This document shows, one piece after another, positions 37,705 to 48,321 of a DNA stretch of 64,000 nucleotides. Numbering within the stretch: the stretch's first letter is position 1; the number at the start of each line of letters is the position of its first letter. Below the pieces are notes generated by a model. That model saw only the letters and a program-made list of their open reading frames with translations. It was not told the DNA's origin and searched no databases. The translations under genes and the position numbers were made by a program. The stretch is from a virus (Duplodnaviria > Caudoviricetes). The stretch is from the IMG/VR virus record IMGVR_UViG_3300032286_000437, positions 1,802-65,801 of that record; one strand, written 5' to 3'.

Positions 37705-38036
37705 AATTTGTTGAACAATTTAAAAAAGAAGATTTTGTGAAACCATCAGAATCATCTATGGTCGATAGAACTGGTAAAGATACTGATGATGAAAAGAAAG
37801 CTTTTGCAAAATTTGTTGTTATTGATCTTGGTGGGACTAATCAGACCAAATACTTTGTAAGAACACACAACAATGTTCCATACGATCCAAATGGACCATA
37901 TTCTCATAGAGAAACATATTTAAGAACCGAACTTAAAAATGTATCAAGAGAAACATTTGAAAATTATATTACTTATCTAAGAACACGAAACCAACTATAT
38001 ATGACCAAGGCTCAAAGGAGTTTTATCAATGGCTAA
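37701..38036 (+). CDS. Hypothetical protein
   Basis: ATGA-coupled ORF. Confidence 0.65.
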   Translation: MKFVEQFKKEDFVKPSESSMVDRTGKDTDDEKKAFAKFVVIDLGGTNQTKYFVRTHNNVPYDPNGPYSHRETYLRTELKNVSRETFENYITYLRTRNQLYMTKAQRSFING

Positions 38037-38328
38037 TAAAAAAGGACCGCTAAGTAAAGTTGAAACTTTTTATGTTGACGCTCAAGTTAAGCTCGGTACA
38101 AGTGTAGAAAGCATTTCAACAGATTTAAATAGACCACAATCGTCAGTAGAAAGTTATATAGCTAAAGCATCTAAGAAAAAAGAAGCTACAGCAACAAGCG
38201 ACCAGTTTGCTAGACAAAGTGGTGCAACTATCATGACCGAAAATGCATCTACAATGATTGATGCGAAGAGAAAAAAACCATCATTACCAACTAAAACCTT
38301 GTCTTGTGTAACTAAAATCAAAGAATAG
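38029..38328 (+). CDS. Hypothetical protein, possible HTH
   Basis: SVESISTDLNRPQSSVESY. Confidence 0.55.
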   Translation: MANKKGPLSKVETFYVDAQVKLGTSVESISTDLNRPQSSVESYIAKASKKKEATATSDQFARQSGATIMTENASTMIDAKRKKPSLPTKTLSCVTKIKE

Positions 38329-38329
38329 T

Positions 38330-38971
38330 ATGTCAAATAAAATTGCTATGTTTACAAGCGTTTCTGCTAATATTGCAGAAATTGCTAATCTAACAATGCC
38401 CAATAAGCTAGAGTATTGTTTAAAACACGATTATTCTCTCATAATTGATAATCAAAAATATGAGGATTGTGTAGATCGTACACACGCTATAACCTATTTA
38501 TTTAATGAGTATGATATTGTCTGGTGTCTTGATGCCGATGCTATAATTACAAATATGAATATCCCCTTTCATACATTGGAATGTTTGGGTGAAAATATTA
38601 CTGTATGTGAAGAAAAAATAGTGGATTGGAATAGAATCAATTGCGGGTCGATAGTGATGAAAAATACCCTCAAAACTAAAACTCTATTACAATTAATAAG
38701 CGTAACAAAACACCAGTGGGAAAAATTACCAACACAATGGCAAACTTGGTTAGCAAATAAAGCTGATTCTTTGGGAGACATGTTGACAATAGCCCCTGTT
38801 AGATCATTTAATTCTTTAGAGTGGAATTTGCCAGCCGGTTCAGCGGCTTGGGGTCCACCGGGAAGCAATTGGAATAGCGGTGATTTAGTTTACCATCCAT
38901 GCGGAGTTTTCCCAAGAGAAGAACGTATTAAATATTTAAAAAACGCCTTAGAAACTAAAGTGATAAAATGA
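38330..38971 (+). CDS. Glycosyltransferase, GT34 (GMA12/MNN10)-like
   Basis: NKLEYCLKHDY, WCLDADAIITN, INCGS, WNSGDLVYH. Confidence 0.7.
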   Translation: MSNKIAMFTSVSANIAEIANLTMPNKLEYCLKHDYSLIIDNQKYEDCVDRTHAITYLFNEYDIVWCLDADAIITNMNIPFHTLECLGENITVCEEKIVDWNRINCGSIVMKNTLKTKTLLQLISVTKHQWEKLPTQWQTWLANKADSLGDMLTIAPVRSFNSLEWNLPAGSAAWGPPGSNWNSGDLVYHPCGVFPREERIKYLKNALETKVIK

Positions 38972-39396
38972 ATAACTTTATAACATCCCATGAAGGTTGG
39001 CTTGCTGAATACCATAAAGATAAATATAATGTTTGGATTAGGGCAACCCTTTCCAACGAAATAGAATACTACTTACCTAATCATGAAAAATGGTTGGAAT
39101 TAAAAACTTTATGCAATCAGAAACATCTTAAAGTGAAAAAACTTGGGTTGCAGTATCGTTCACATTTTGTTGAGGTTGACATGGGCGGTGTGGATGGTGT
39201 ATACTTAGTTCGATCTCTTATTGGAAGAATGGGAGAAAATAGCAAACAAGCTATAACAATTGGAAAAGTTTATGGCTCCAAAGTCAAAAAGACGATGTGG
39301 GTTACACCAGAACTTGTTGCAGACATCTCAGACGAAGACCCTATTGAAAGTTGCTTTCTTGAAGCGTTGATCTTATATGACAAAGAAACAAAATAA
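38968..39396 (+). CDS. Hypothetical protein
   Basis: Operon ORF. Confidence 0.6.
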   Translation: MNNFITSHEGWLAEYHKDKYNVWIRATLSNEIEYYLPNHEKWLELKTLCNQKHLKVKKLGLQYRSHFVEVDMGGVDGVYLVRSLIGRMGENSKQAITIGKVYGSKVKKTMWVTPELVADISDEDPIESCFLEALILYDKETK

Positions 39397-39898
39397 ACCA
39401 GAACTATTTAATCAATCATACCAAAAAGAATGGTCAGAAACTCATAAGTATAAGCATATTCATACTGGTGAGCATTGTACATTTGAAGCATATGTTGCTG
39501 AATTTATAGTATTGAGAAGGGCTGAGAAGCTCAATGATGGTAAACCCTCTTATAAATTTTGGACCAAGGGTGATCCCCTACACTGGCTGTGGAAAAAACA
39601 GCTTGGTGCCGCAGTTCAATTGAAAAAGAAATATAGTGAGGAAGCTATACTGTCAGCAATTAAATCCAAAGACTTTGATAGATTGCTTGTATTAGGAGTC
39701 CAGAATGGGCGAGGCTACAAAGTAAATCCAGAAGCAGAAAAGGTAATTGCCAAACACCAACTATTATTAGATGAGCAAAAAAATAAACCCACTGTCAACC
39801 TAGAGCAGGAAGTTGAAGAAAAGAAGCTTGAAACTAGGGCTAGTCAGAGCTATAATACTGGAAAGAAACCAACCATTAGTCAACTGAGGAATCTATGA
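39377..39898 (+). CDS. Hypothetical protein
   Basis: Operon ORF preceding recA. Confidence 0.6.
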   Translation: MTKKQNKPELFNQSYQKEWSETHKYKHIHTGEHCTFEAYVAEFIVLRRAEKLNDGKPSYKFWTKGDPLHWLWKKQLGAAVQLKKKYSEEAILSAIKSKDFDRLLVLGVQNGRGYKVNPEAEKVIAKHQLLLDEQKNKPTVNLEQEVEEKKLETRASQSYNTGKKPTISQLRNL

Positions 39899-40998
39899 GC
39901 AAAGTCAAGAAGGCAAACAAATTTACAACGGATTTGGTAAGCAATAATATTGTCAGTAAGTATGGCGACGTTGTTAGGAGTGGAACAGAAGTATTAGAGA
40001 ATATCAATAATCTTAATGTGATTGGTGTGTCACCAGCATTAGATATTGCTCTGGGCGGTGGCCTACGCGAAGGTTCTGTAGTTGTTATGACGGGCGATCC
40101 CAAAAGCGGAAAGACCACAACTGCCCTACACTTTGCTGCCAAGTGTCAACAAAAGAACAAAAGAGTAATCTATGTAAATACAGAAGGTAGATTATCTAAG
40201 CAAAATTTCGTTGGCATTAAGGGATTGAACTCTGATAATATTCTAATTATTGAGTCCACAGACGAGCGGGTGTTGTCGGCAGAAGACTTTCTAAATATTA
40301 CTGAGAGCTATATCAATAATGATCCCGGCTGTCTAATCATAGCAGACTCGCTATCTAATATGGTTCCGGCAGTCGAACTTGAGGGCGAGGTTAGAACTGG
40401 TGTTAGAAATGCTCTGCCGCGACTACTCTCTATGTTTTTTAAGAGAATCAGCGGTACTCTTATGAAGAATAAGACTATCCTAGTTTGTATTACTCATAAT
40501 ATTGCAAACACTGGCGGTTCACCATATGCTCCACAGAAGATGGCAGACTGTGGCAATATGTTACAATATCAAGCTGGAACAAACATGGTTATTACACACA
40601 GGGGCAAGTGGCAAGTTCCTAAAGATACCGGTCCTCACGTTGGTCAGATTGCCAATTGGAATATTAAAACTTCTTGTGCTGGTGGAAGACCTAACAGTAC
40701 AGCAGAAAGCTGGATTAAATATGGTGTTGGTATTGATGAAGTTCAAGAGATTATCCATATTGCCTGTGAATTTAGACTTATCAAAGCTGCCGGTGCGTGG
40801 TATACCGTTCAGTGTGCAGTAGACGATCTTACCAACCCAATAGTTAATGAAATACTAGAAGAAAACAAGGTAGCAAAGACTCCAGAGGATATTGAAAGGT
40901 TTTTTAAATTCCAAGGCGTTAATGCGGTTGCTGATTTCTTAAACAATAATCCCAAGATGGCATCCTTTGTTTATGAAAAAATTAAGGAGCTACATTGA
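39895..40998 (+). CDS. recA: RecA/UvsX-like recombinase
   Basis: LDIALGGG, GDPKSGKTT Walker A, IIADSL Walker B. Confidence 0.88.
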   Translation: MSKVKKANKFTTDLVSNNIVSKYGDVVRSGTEVLENINNLNVIGVSPALDIALGGGLREGSVVVMTGDPKSGKTTTALHFAAKCQQKNKRVIYVNTEGRLSKQNFVGIKGLNSDNILIIESTDERVLSAEDFLNITESYINNDPGCLIIADSLSNMVPAVELEGEVRTGVRNALPRLLSMFFKRISGTLMKNKTILVCITHNIANTGGSPYAPQKMADCGNMLQYQAGTNMVITHRGKWQVPKDTGPHVGQIANWNIKTSCAGGRPNSTAESWIKYGVGIDEVQEIIHIACEFRLIKAAGAWYTVQCAVDDLTNPIVNEILEENKVAKTPEDIERFFKFQGVNAVADFLNNNPKMASFVYEKIKELH

Positions 40999-41417
40999 AA
41001 GTTAAAGGAATTAATGGCAAGGAATATATTTGGAATCTCACCAAGTACGATATATTTTATGATGATACTCGCAAGCGATCAAAATACCATATTCGTGCAA
41101 GAAATTTACTAAGAGAAATATTTCATAGCTATAGAATTCTTGAGGAAGTTAAACTACCGGGAAGCACTGCGCTGAACAGAAAATCTGTTCTCTATCTTGA
41201 CTTTTACATTCCATCAACTAAGATGGCAATTGAAGTTCATGGTGAACAGCATTACGAATACTGTCCATTCTTCCATAAAAGCAAGGCTGATTTTCTCAAG
41301 GCAAAAGCCCGCGACGAAGATAAAATAGAGTGGTGCGAACTCAACGAGATACAAATTGTAACCTTAAAATTTTCAGAAAGTGACCATGAGTGGCGAGAAC
41401 GTATTAAAGGCATCTGA
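40995..41417 (+). CDS. PD-(D/E)XK (DUF559/Vsr-like) endonuclease
   Basis: LDFYIP..AIEVHGEQHY..RDEDKIEWC; TTG start. Confidence 0.8.
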   Translation: MKVKGINGKEYIWNLTKYDIFYDDTRKRSKYHIRARNLLREIFHSYRILEEVKLPGSTALNRKSVLYLDFYIPSTKMAIEVHGEQHYEYCPFFHKSKADFLKAKARDEDKIEWCELNEIQIVTLKFSESDHEWRERIKGI

Positions 41418-41862
41418 GAAGCTGTCAGAACATATTAATCAAATCACAGCGTATATTGATCTTAGCAACACCAAATTTTCTTCGTTTAGAGAAGAGTACC
41501 TATTAACTGCAAATTTATCATCAGAGGATTTAAAGAGGTTAACACAGCAAGAGACTTTTGATGCGGCATATACTTTATATGCTTACGCCACCTATATCCA
41601 AGATGAAATTAATAAAAACAAGATAGCATTTACTTGGTGCAATGACCAGCTAGAGAAATTGGTTGTGGCACACAACGATGAATTTGGTCAATATACTAAA
41701 CATGAAGTCAAACGACAGATCATAATCAAAGATAATAATTATGCAGCATCAGTAGATAAAATGCGTGAAGTTGCAGAAGCAAGATTACAAGCTTTAGATG
41801 GAAAAGTATATGAATTAAAACGTAAAGCGGATATACTCCTAGAAAAGGCTAAGAGGCTATAA
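41386..41862 (+). CDS. Helical protein, possibly UvsY-like recombination mediator
   Basis: All-helical, near recA; positional inference. Confidence 0.4.
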   Translation: MSGENVLKASEKLSEHINQITAYIDLSNTKFSSFREEYLLTANLSSEDLKRLTQQETFDAAYTLYAYATYIQDEINKNKIAFTWCNDQLEKLVVAHNDEFGQYTKHEVKRQIIIKDNNYAASVDKMREVAEARLQALDGKVYELKRKADILLEKAKRL

Positions 41863-42302
41863 TGGACCTTAATAATTTCTTCAATTCACTAACAGACGAT
41901 CAGAAAACACAATTAGCTAATGCTTTGCTAAGTTCTATAGATTCACCTAGTAGTGATGATAAACCAAAAACTAAAGCAAAACCAAAAGCAAAGAAAGCTG
42001 TAGAACCAAAAAAGTCACCACAAATAACGGTTGATGATAATTTCACAGTAACCAAAGCAGAATCAGTAGATTCTCAAAATAGGAGAAAAGAACCCGTGAG
42101 AGCTAGAAAGAACGAATGGAAAGACACAGGCGAATTTAGGGATGTTAATTCCCCAGATTATGATCTAACGCCTAGTCCAAGAAAACGTGAAGCACCCAAA
42201 AAAATAGATGTAGACTGTCATGTTTGTGGCAGATCATTTAAGGCTGATCAAAGATTTGTCTTTGGAGAATATCATCGCTGCAATAGATGCGTTGGAAAAT
42301 AA
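41862..42302 (+). CDS. Hypothetical protein with C-terminal Zn ribbon
   Basis: CHVC..CNRC. Confidence 0.6.
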   Translation: MDLNNFFNSLTDDQKTQLANALLSSIDSPSSDDKPKTKAKPKAKKAVEPKKSPQITVDDNFTVTKAESVDSQNRRKEPVRARKNEWKDTGEFRDVNSPDYDLTPSPRKREAPKKIDVDCHVCGRSFKADQRFVFGEYHRCNRCVGK

Positions 42303-42304
42303 AT

Positions 42305-43783
42305 ATGGATATTAAACTAACAGATATAGGTGCTGAACGAGCCGTATTAGCAGGGCTGCTACAATACGGGATAGATGGATATGTATCAATATCCCATCTT
42401 ATTAGTCATGAAACTTTTGGTCATACCAATAACGAAGTATTATACAAATGCTTAGAAAAGATTATACAGAATGATCAGAAGGTGGATATTCCATCCATAT
42501 TGTCTGCCGCATCGCAACTTAATCTGTCAGATTCTATTAACACAAACCAAGAACTTAAATACATTAAGTCTTTGTTTGACTTTCCAGTGAATAAGGACAA
42601 TATCCTTAGTTTTGCAATACAAATTAAGAAGTTTGAATTCGCCAGAAAGATCAAAGCCCTAACAGCAAAAATACATAAAGATGTTGATGATGTTACCGGT
42701 GCTGAATCTATCAATGATATTATTCAAATTCTAGAAAACCCTGTCACAGACTTCCTAAGAGAAGATGACGGTGGCGATACGCCCAAGAAGATTGGCGAGA
42801 ACATAGGGGATTACATTACATTCTTAGAGGAGAATAAGTGTGATATCATTGGTATTCCTACGGGGTTCAGTAGATACGACGAGGCCATTGGCGGTGGTCT
42901 TAGACGAAAATGTGTTGACCTTGTTTCTGCTCGACCCAAAGTTGGTAAATCAGTATTTGCTGACAACGTGGCTCTAAATGTTTCTTCCAAGAACGTTCCC
43001 GTTCTTATGTTAGATACCGAAATGAGTAAAGAAGATCATTTAAATAGACTATTGGCAAATATAAGCGGTGTTCCTATCAATGAGATTGCTACTGGCAAAT
43101 TCGTAGATGATGACGAAAAAAGAGAAAAGGTTCAAGACGCTGTTAAGCATATAGAATCTATTCCATATTGCTACGTTAGCGTTGCTGGAAAGCCATTTGA
43201 ACAAATCCTAAATCTTATCAAAAGATGGATTATTCAAGAAGTCAAGATGGATCAGTACGGCAAGACTAATGACTGCTTGATTATCTATGATTATTTAAAG
43301 TTAATGTCATCTAGCTCTATTACTAATAACATTCAAGAATACCAAGCATTAGGTTTTCAAATCACGGCACTGCATAATCTGTGCGTGAAGATGGATTTTC
43401 CATGCTTGTCATTTGTACAGTTGAACAGAGATGGTATAACAAAAGAAAGCACCGACGCTGTTTCTGGATCAGATAGATTGATCTGGCTATGTACATCGTT
43501 CTCTATATTTAAGATTAAGTCACCAGAAGAATTAGCAGAAGACGGCCCCAATGCTGGAAATAGAAAACTTGTACCAATTGTTTCAAGACACGGTGGCGGG
43601 CTAGACGATGGAGATTACATTAATATGGTTATGAATGGATCTCACGCAAAATTGAGAGAACTAAAGACTCGTAATGAGTTTAAGAATCAACCAACGGGCG
43701 ACACTGGTTTAGCCTCACAAGAATCACTTATTAAGATTAAGATATCAGATGGACTTACAGAAGCTCAAGACTCTGCTGAATAA
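42305..43783 (+). CDS. dnaB: Replicative DNA helicase
   Basis: AERAVL, GIPTGF, ARPKVGKS, DTEM, YDYL, QLNR. Confidence 0.93.
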   Translation: MDIKLTDIGAERAVLAGLLQYGIDGYVSISHLISHETFGHTNNEVLYKCLEKIIQNDQKVDIPSILSAASQLNLSDSINTNQELKYIKSLFDFPVNKDNILSFAIQIKKFEFARKIKALTAKIHKDVDDVTGAESINDIIQILENPVTDFLREDDGGDTPKKIGENIGDYITFLEENKCDIIGIPTGFSRYDEAIGGGLRRKCVDLVSARPKVGKSVFADNVALNVSSKNVPVLMLDTEMSKEDHLNRLLANISGVPINEIATGKFVDDDEKREKVQDAVKHIESIPYCYVSVAGKPFEQILNLIKRWIIQEVKMDQYGKTNDCLIIYDYLKLMSSSSITNNIQEYQALGFQITALHNLCVKMDFPCLSFVQLNRDGITKESTDAVSGSDRLIWLCTSFSIFKIKSPEELAEDGPNAGNRKLVPIVSRHGGGLDDGDYINMVMNGSHAKLRELKTRNEFKNQPTGDTGLASQESLIKIKISDGLTEAQDSAE

Positions 43784-44780
43784 AAAGGCAGAGACAGTGT
43801 TTAAAAAGCTTGGCATGAACTACGAGATTCTGGGTGATAATATATACTCAAAATGTCCTATTCATGAAGGAAGCGATAACCCAAGAGCGTTCTCTTATTC
43901 TATCGATAGGGGCATATGGAAGTGCTGGACTAGGGATTGTCAACACCAATACAACAATGATATTTTTGGTTTAATACGTGGGGCACTATCTCACAATGAC
44001 GGTATAGATGTTGGATTTAAAGAAGCGTTAAGGTGGTCATGCAACACCCTTGATTTAAAACAAGGCTCTGGCGGCTCTTACAGTCAACCCAAGGTACAAC
44101 TAGAAGAACCAGATGAGTTTATTCAGCTTGTTGAGTTTTTGAATTCGTCTATAAAACAAAAAGATCATGGTAAAATAGACGCAGAGTGTAATCTGGTAGT
44201 TCCATCTCCTTACTTTATAACAAGAGGATTTAAACCAGAAACTCTAGAATATTTTGAGGTTGGAGATTGTGTTAATTCTAAGTCAAAGCTGTATGATAGA
44301 TCAATCATACCTATTAACGACGATACTGGAGAAAAACTAGTTGCCCTAATAGGTAGATCTATTAAAGAGTACAAGATTCCAAAGTTCCTATTTAGCCCCA
44401 AGGGGTTTGATAAGAGATATTTCTTCTATAATTTCCATAGAGCTATATCTAGAGCAAAAGAAACTGGATGCTTGTTTCTTGTCGAGGGACAAGGCGATGT
44501 GTGGAGATTATACGAATCTGGCGTTAGTAATGCTATGGGAATATTTGGTAAAACAATCACCAGAGAACAAGAAGATAAATTGTTAAAGATGCCTGTCACT
44601 CATCTAGTTATATTAACTGATAATGATCAAGCTGGCAGGGAATCAAAAATGCAAATACAAAGACAATTAGGCAGAACTTTTAAATTAACATTTCCAAAGA
44701 TATCTACTAAAGATATTGGTGAAATGAGCATTGAACAAATCAAAAGTAAGATATTACCACAAGTTAAAGGAACATATTAA
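43749..44780 (+). CDS. dnaG: DNA primase
   Basis: CPIH..CW..C Zn finger, VEGQGD and DNDQAG Toprim motifs. Confidence 0.92.
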   Translation: MDLQKLKTLLNKKAETVFKKLGMNYEILGDNIYSKCPIHEGSDNPRAFSYSIDRGIWKCWTRDCQHQYNNDIFGLIRGALSHNDGIDVGFKEALRWSCNTLDLKQGSGGSYSQPKVQLEEPDEFIQLVEFLNSSIKQKDHGKIDAECNLVVPSPYFITRGFKPETLEYFEVGDCVNSKSKLYDRSIIPINDDTGEKLVALIGRSIKEYKIPKFLFSPKGFDKRYFFYNFHRAISRAKETGCLFLVEGQGDVWRLYESGVSNAMGIFGKTITREQEDKLLKMPVTHLVILTDNDQAGRESKMQIQRQLGRTFKLTFPKISTKDIGEMSIEQIKSKILPQVKGTY

Positions 44781-45520
44781 TGGCTAAGATTGTAGGCATA
44801 TCTGGACGAAAGCAGTCCGGTAAAAACACCGTTGCTAACTTTATCAACGGAACAGTCCTCATAGATAGAGAAATGGTGATGGATTTCTTTATCAACGACG
44901 ATGGACAACTAGCTATTAAGACTATAAACTCTACGGGTGAAGAAGGTTATGGTATTTTTGATGTGACGAGGAAAGATAGCGCATTTGTGGAGTATGCAGA
45001 AAAAGAATTGTGGCCCTACGCTAAAGTATATCATTTCGCAGATTACCTAAAAGATCTGTCAATCAATTTATTTGGTTTAAATCCTCAAGGCGTATACGGT
45101 ACAGATCAACAAAAGAATGAACTAACAAATATTAAATGGGAAAACATGCCCTTCATAACTAAGAAGGGTGGATACATGACAAATCGTGAATTTCTTGAGC
45201 AATTTGGCACAAAGGTTGTTCGTAAGATTAGAACTGACGCTTGGGTAGCCGCAACTATTAATAAAATCAATTATGAGAATTCTCAGATAGCGATTATCCC
45301 AGACGTAAGATTTCCAAATGAAGTGGAAGCAATCAAAGCTAGCGGTGGAATAGTTATTAGATTAGCTAGAAATTTACACAATAGCGACGTAGAGTGCGAA
45401 ACTGTACTAGATAAAGATAATTTTGATTGGAGCAATTTCGATGCCGTCATAGATAACACAGACTATACCATCGAAAAGCTATGTGATGAATTAACATCAC
45501 TAAAATCCCTCTGGAGTTAA
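44780..45520 (+). CDS. Deoxynucleoside monophosphate kinase
   Basis: GRKQSGK, FAD.LK, REFLEQFGT, DVRFPNE. Confidence 0.88.
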   Translation: MAKIVGISGRKQSGKNTVANFINGTVLIDREMVMDFFINDDGQLAIKTINSTGEEGYGIFDVTRKDSAFVEYAEKELWPYAKVYHFADYLKDLSINLFGLNPQGVYGTDQQKNELTNIKWENMPFITKKGGYMTNREFLEQFGTKVVRKIRTDAWVAATINKINYENSQIAIIPDVRFPNEVEAIKASGGIVIRLARNLHNSDVECETVLDKDNFDWSNFDAVIDNTDYTIEKLCDELTSLKSLWS

Positions 45521-45521
45521 T

Positions 45522-46544
45522 ATGTTAATTACTTACATACGATCATCAAGCTATAATAATTATTCGTATTGTCAAATGCAATACTTTATTACCTACGTTC
45601 TTGGGCATCAATCAACTAGTGGGAAAAAAGCAGAGCTTGGAACAATTGTCCACAAAGTCATGGAAACACTAGCTGGTTTTAAGAAGTATCACCAAGATAA
45701 TCCTCGTAAACATAATCTATATGTTAAGGATGACGCTTTGGGCGAAGTAGAAATAAAAAAATCAGAACTATTAAAGGACGATATAGTTATAGATTTGCTG
45801 GGTAAAAGTTATGACTTTTATACATCTGGATCAGTACATCCTTTCACTAAGAGCGATAAAGAAACTTGTATGGGATTAGTTTGGGATACTCTAAGATATA
45901 ATCATGGCCAATTTGATCCTCGACAAAGAAATGTAGTCGCCCCAGAACCGCACTTTGACATACCCATCGATGAAGATTGGGCGCACTATGAATATGAATT
46001 TCCAGACGGTAGAAAGATTAAGGGTCAATTAGCTATTAAGGGTACTATAGACCTAGTTACAGAAATATCTAAAGATACCATAGAAGTAGTCGATTGGAAA
46101 ACAGGCAGACGTTTAGATTGGGCTACCGGCGAAGAAAAGACATATGAAAAACTGTGTTCAGATCCACAGCTATTATTGTATAACTACGCTATTTCTAAAT
46201 TATTTCCTCAGTACGATCACACCATTATGTCTATCTTTTTTGTTAAAGACGGTGGGCCATTCTCTATGTGTTTTGACAAAGAAGATCACGGCAGATTCTT
46301 AAAAATGCTTAAGAATAAGTTTGAGGATATTAAGGCAAATAATACACCAAAACCACTATCCCAGAACAGGGACAGTTGGAAATGTACTAAATTGTGCCAC
46401 TTTTATAAAAACAAGTGGCCTAACACAGACCAAAACATGTGTATGTATATAGAGAACCATCTTAAAAAAGAGGGTATGGAGAATACCATTAAAAAATGCA
46501 GTAGAGATGGGTTTGATATAGGCTTTTATTCCGCTCCCGGTTGA
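45522..46544 (+). CDS. PD-(D/E)XK exonuclease (Cas4/RecB-like)
   Basis: GTIVH, GTIDLV, VDWKTG, QLLLY, Cys cluster. Confidence 0.85.
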   Translation: MLITYIRSSSYNNYSYCQMQYFITYVLGHQSTSGKKAELGTIVHKVMETLAGFKKYHQDNPRKHNLYVKDDALGEVEIKKSELLKDDIVIDLLGKSYDFYTSGSVHPFTKSDKETCMGLVWDTLRYNHGQFDPRQRNVVAPEPHFDIPIDEDWAHYEYEFPDGRKIKGQLAIKGTIDLVTEISKDTIEVVDWKTGRRLDWATGEEKTYEKLCSDPQLLLYNYAISKLFPQYDHTIMSIFFVKDGGPFSMCFDKEDHGRFLKMLKNKFEDIKANNTPKPLSQNRDSWKCTKLCHFYKNKWPNTDQNMCMYIENHLKKEGMENTIKKCSRDGFDIGFYSAPG

Positions 46545-46555
46545 AAGGAAAAATA

Positions 46556-47416
46556 ATGCAAAAATTGCTAACAATTGGTATGGCTACGTATGATGACTAT
46601 GATGGCGTATATTTTAGCCTTCAAGCATTAAGAATGTACCACCCTATTCTTAAGGATATAGACTATGAACTAATAGTTGTAGATAATAATCCAGATGGTC
46701 CTCACGGTACAGATGTTAAGAATTTAGTGCAAGGCTGGACTAGTGGTAGAGGTAAATATATACCTTATAAAGATAGAACCAGTACTGCCGTAAGAAATGA
46801 GATATTTACAAACTCACTTGGCAAGTATACAATCTCTATGGATTGCCATGTTTTCATAGAAAATGGTGGAATAGATAAACTACTAGATTATTATAACAAC
46901 AATGAAGACTGCAAAGATATAATTCAAGGTCCACTAATCTATGATGACCTTCAAAATTATTCAACAGAATTTGCTCCAGAGTGGCGTGGAGATATGTACG
47001 GCACATGGCACACGAACGTCGCTGGATATGAATCTGGCCTTCCCTTTGAAATACCTATGATGGGATTAGGATTCTTTTCCTGCGAAACAAAAAACTGGCC
47101 GGGATTTAATCCTCATTTTAAGGGCTTTGGTGCAGAAGAAGGATATATTCATGAAAAATTTAGACAGAATGGCGGCAAAGCAATTTGTATACCACAACTC
47201 AAATGGTTGCATAGATTCAATCGCCCCAACGGTGTTAAATACCCACTAATCTTAGAAGATAGAATATGGAATTATTTCGTAGGATGGTTAGAACTTAAAA
47301 GAGATCCAAATCACGAAATGATCACATCAGCTTATGAACATTTCAAGGATAAAATTCCACCGGGAAGTATAGATAATATTTTAAATCAAGCTAAACATGT
47401 AATTTTGGAGAATTAA
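46556..47416 (+). CDS. Glycosyltransferase family 2
   Basis: LTIGMATY, VVDNN, RNE, MDCH, FKGFGAEE. Confidence 0.85.
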   Translation: MQKLLTIGMATYDDYDGVYFSLQALRMYHPILKDIDYELIVVDNNPDGPHGTDVKNLVQGWTSGRGKYIPYKDRTSTAVRNEIFTNSLGKYTISMDCHVFIENGGIDKLLDYYNNNEDCKDIIQGPLIYDDLQNYSTEFAPEWRGDMYGTWHTNVAGYESGLPFEIPMMGLGFFSCETKNWPGFNPHFKGFGAEEGYIHEKFRQNGGKAICIPQLKWLHRFNRPNGVKYPLILEDRIWNYFVGWLELKRDPNHEMITSAYEHFKDKIPPGSIDNILNQAKHVILEN

Positions 47417-47418
47417 TT

Positions 47419-48294
47419 ATGCCAATTCCTAAAAAGAATAAAGATGAAGATAAGACAAAATTTGTTGCTAGATGTATGGGCGACAATGTTATGAAAAAAG
47501 ATTATCCAAGCAATAGCCAAAGAGTTGCTATTTGTCTAGGTCAAGCAACAGCCGATTGCGACTGCGTAGAAGCTGCTGATTTTAAGATGCAACTAGAATT
47601 GTTTGGATATGAAGAAGACATTAACGATGACAATTTTTACATTCCTACACAAGCAGAATATGAAGATTTTGGCGAAGAAACAGAAGAGTGGGATGTTGCT
47701 GAAGCAAAGCCGGGGCTATGGGAAAATATACGAAAGAAGAAAGAGCGATTAGGCAAAAAATACAAGCCAGCCAAACGAGGCGATAAGGATAGACCAGATC
47801 CAGAATCTTGGAAAAAAGCTCAGTCCGGTGATAGTGAAATGGCTGTTGAACAAATAATGAAAATGAGCGACCAGATCATGGAGGTGGTTGCTAGGCTGAA
47901 GACTATGCAGATACCGGTAGAATTTCAAGATTGGACAAAAGATATGATTTCAAAAGCCGAAATCTATATACAGAACGTGTACGACTTTGTTAAGTATTAT
48001 GAGCCGGGTAAATATGAGGATGAATATAATAATAAAGAAGAATCTGATGCGTCAGAATATCAAGGGCGTAAAGTAACATTGAATAAGCCATTTAGAACAT
48101 CAAATGGTCCAAAAAAGTTTGCAGTGTATGTTAAGAACGAAAGCGGTAACGTTGTAATTGTTCGATTTGGTGATCCAAACATGACAATAAAGAAGAATAT
48201 TCCAGAACGACGAAAAAGCTTTAGAGCTAGAATGAACTGTGACAATCCTGGTCCTAAATATAAGGCTCGATATTGGGCTTGTAAAAGCTGGTAA
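47419..48294 (+). CDS. Multi-module phage protein with C-terminal DUF6321-like domain
   Basis: KPFRT..KKFAVYVKN..VRFGDPNM..RRKSFRARMNC..ARYWACKSW. Confidence 0.6.
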   Translation: MPIPKKNKDEDKTKFVARCMGDNVMKKDYPSNSQRVAICLGQATADCDCVEAADFKMQLELFGYEEDINDDNFYIPTQAEYEDFGEETEEWDVAEAKPGLWENIRKKKERLGKKYKPAKRGDKDRPDPESWKKAQSGDSEMAVEQIMKMSDQIMEVVARLKTMQIPVEFQDWTKDMISKAEIYIQNVYDFVKYYEPGKYEDEYNNKEESDASEYQGRKVTLNKPFRTSNGPKKFAVYVKNESGNVVIVRFGDPNMTIKKNIPERRKSFRARMNCDNPGPKYKARYWACKSW

Positions 48295-48321
48295 TTACAA
48301 AACTTAAAAAAGGAAAACAAT

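Noticed and set aside
45522-46544. Cas4-like nuclease as part of a CRISPR-Cas locus
   Set aside because: No cas1/cas2 or array; standalone PD-(D/E)XK nucleases are common in phage replication modules
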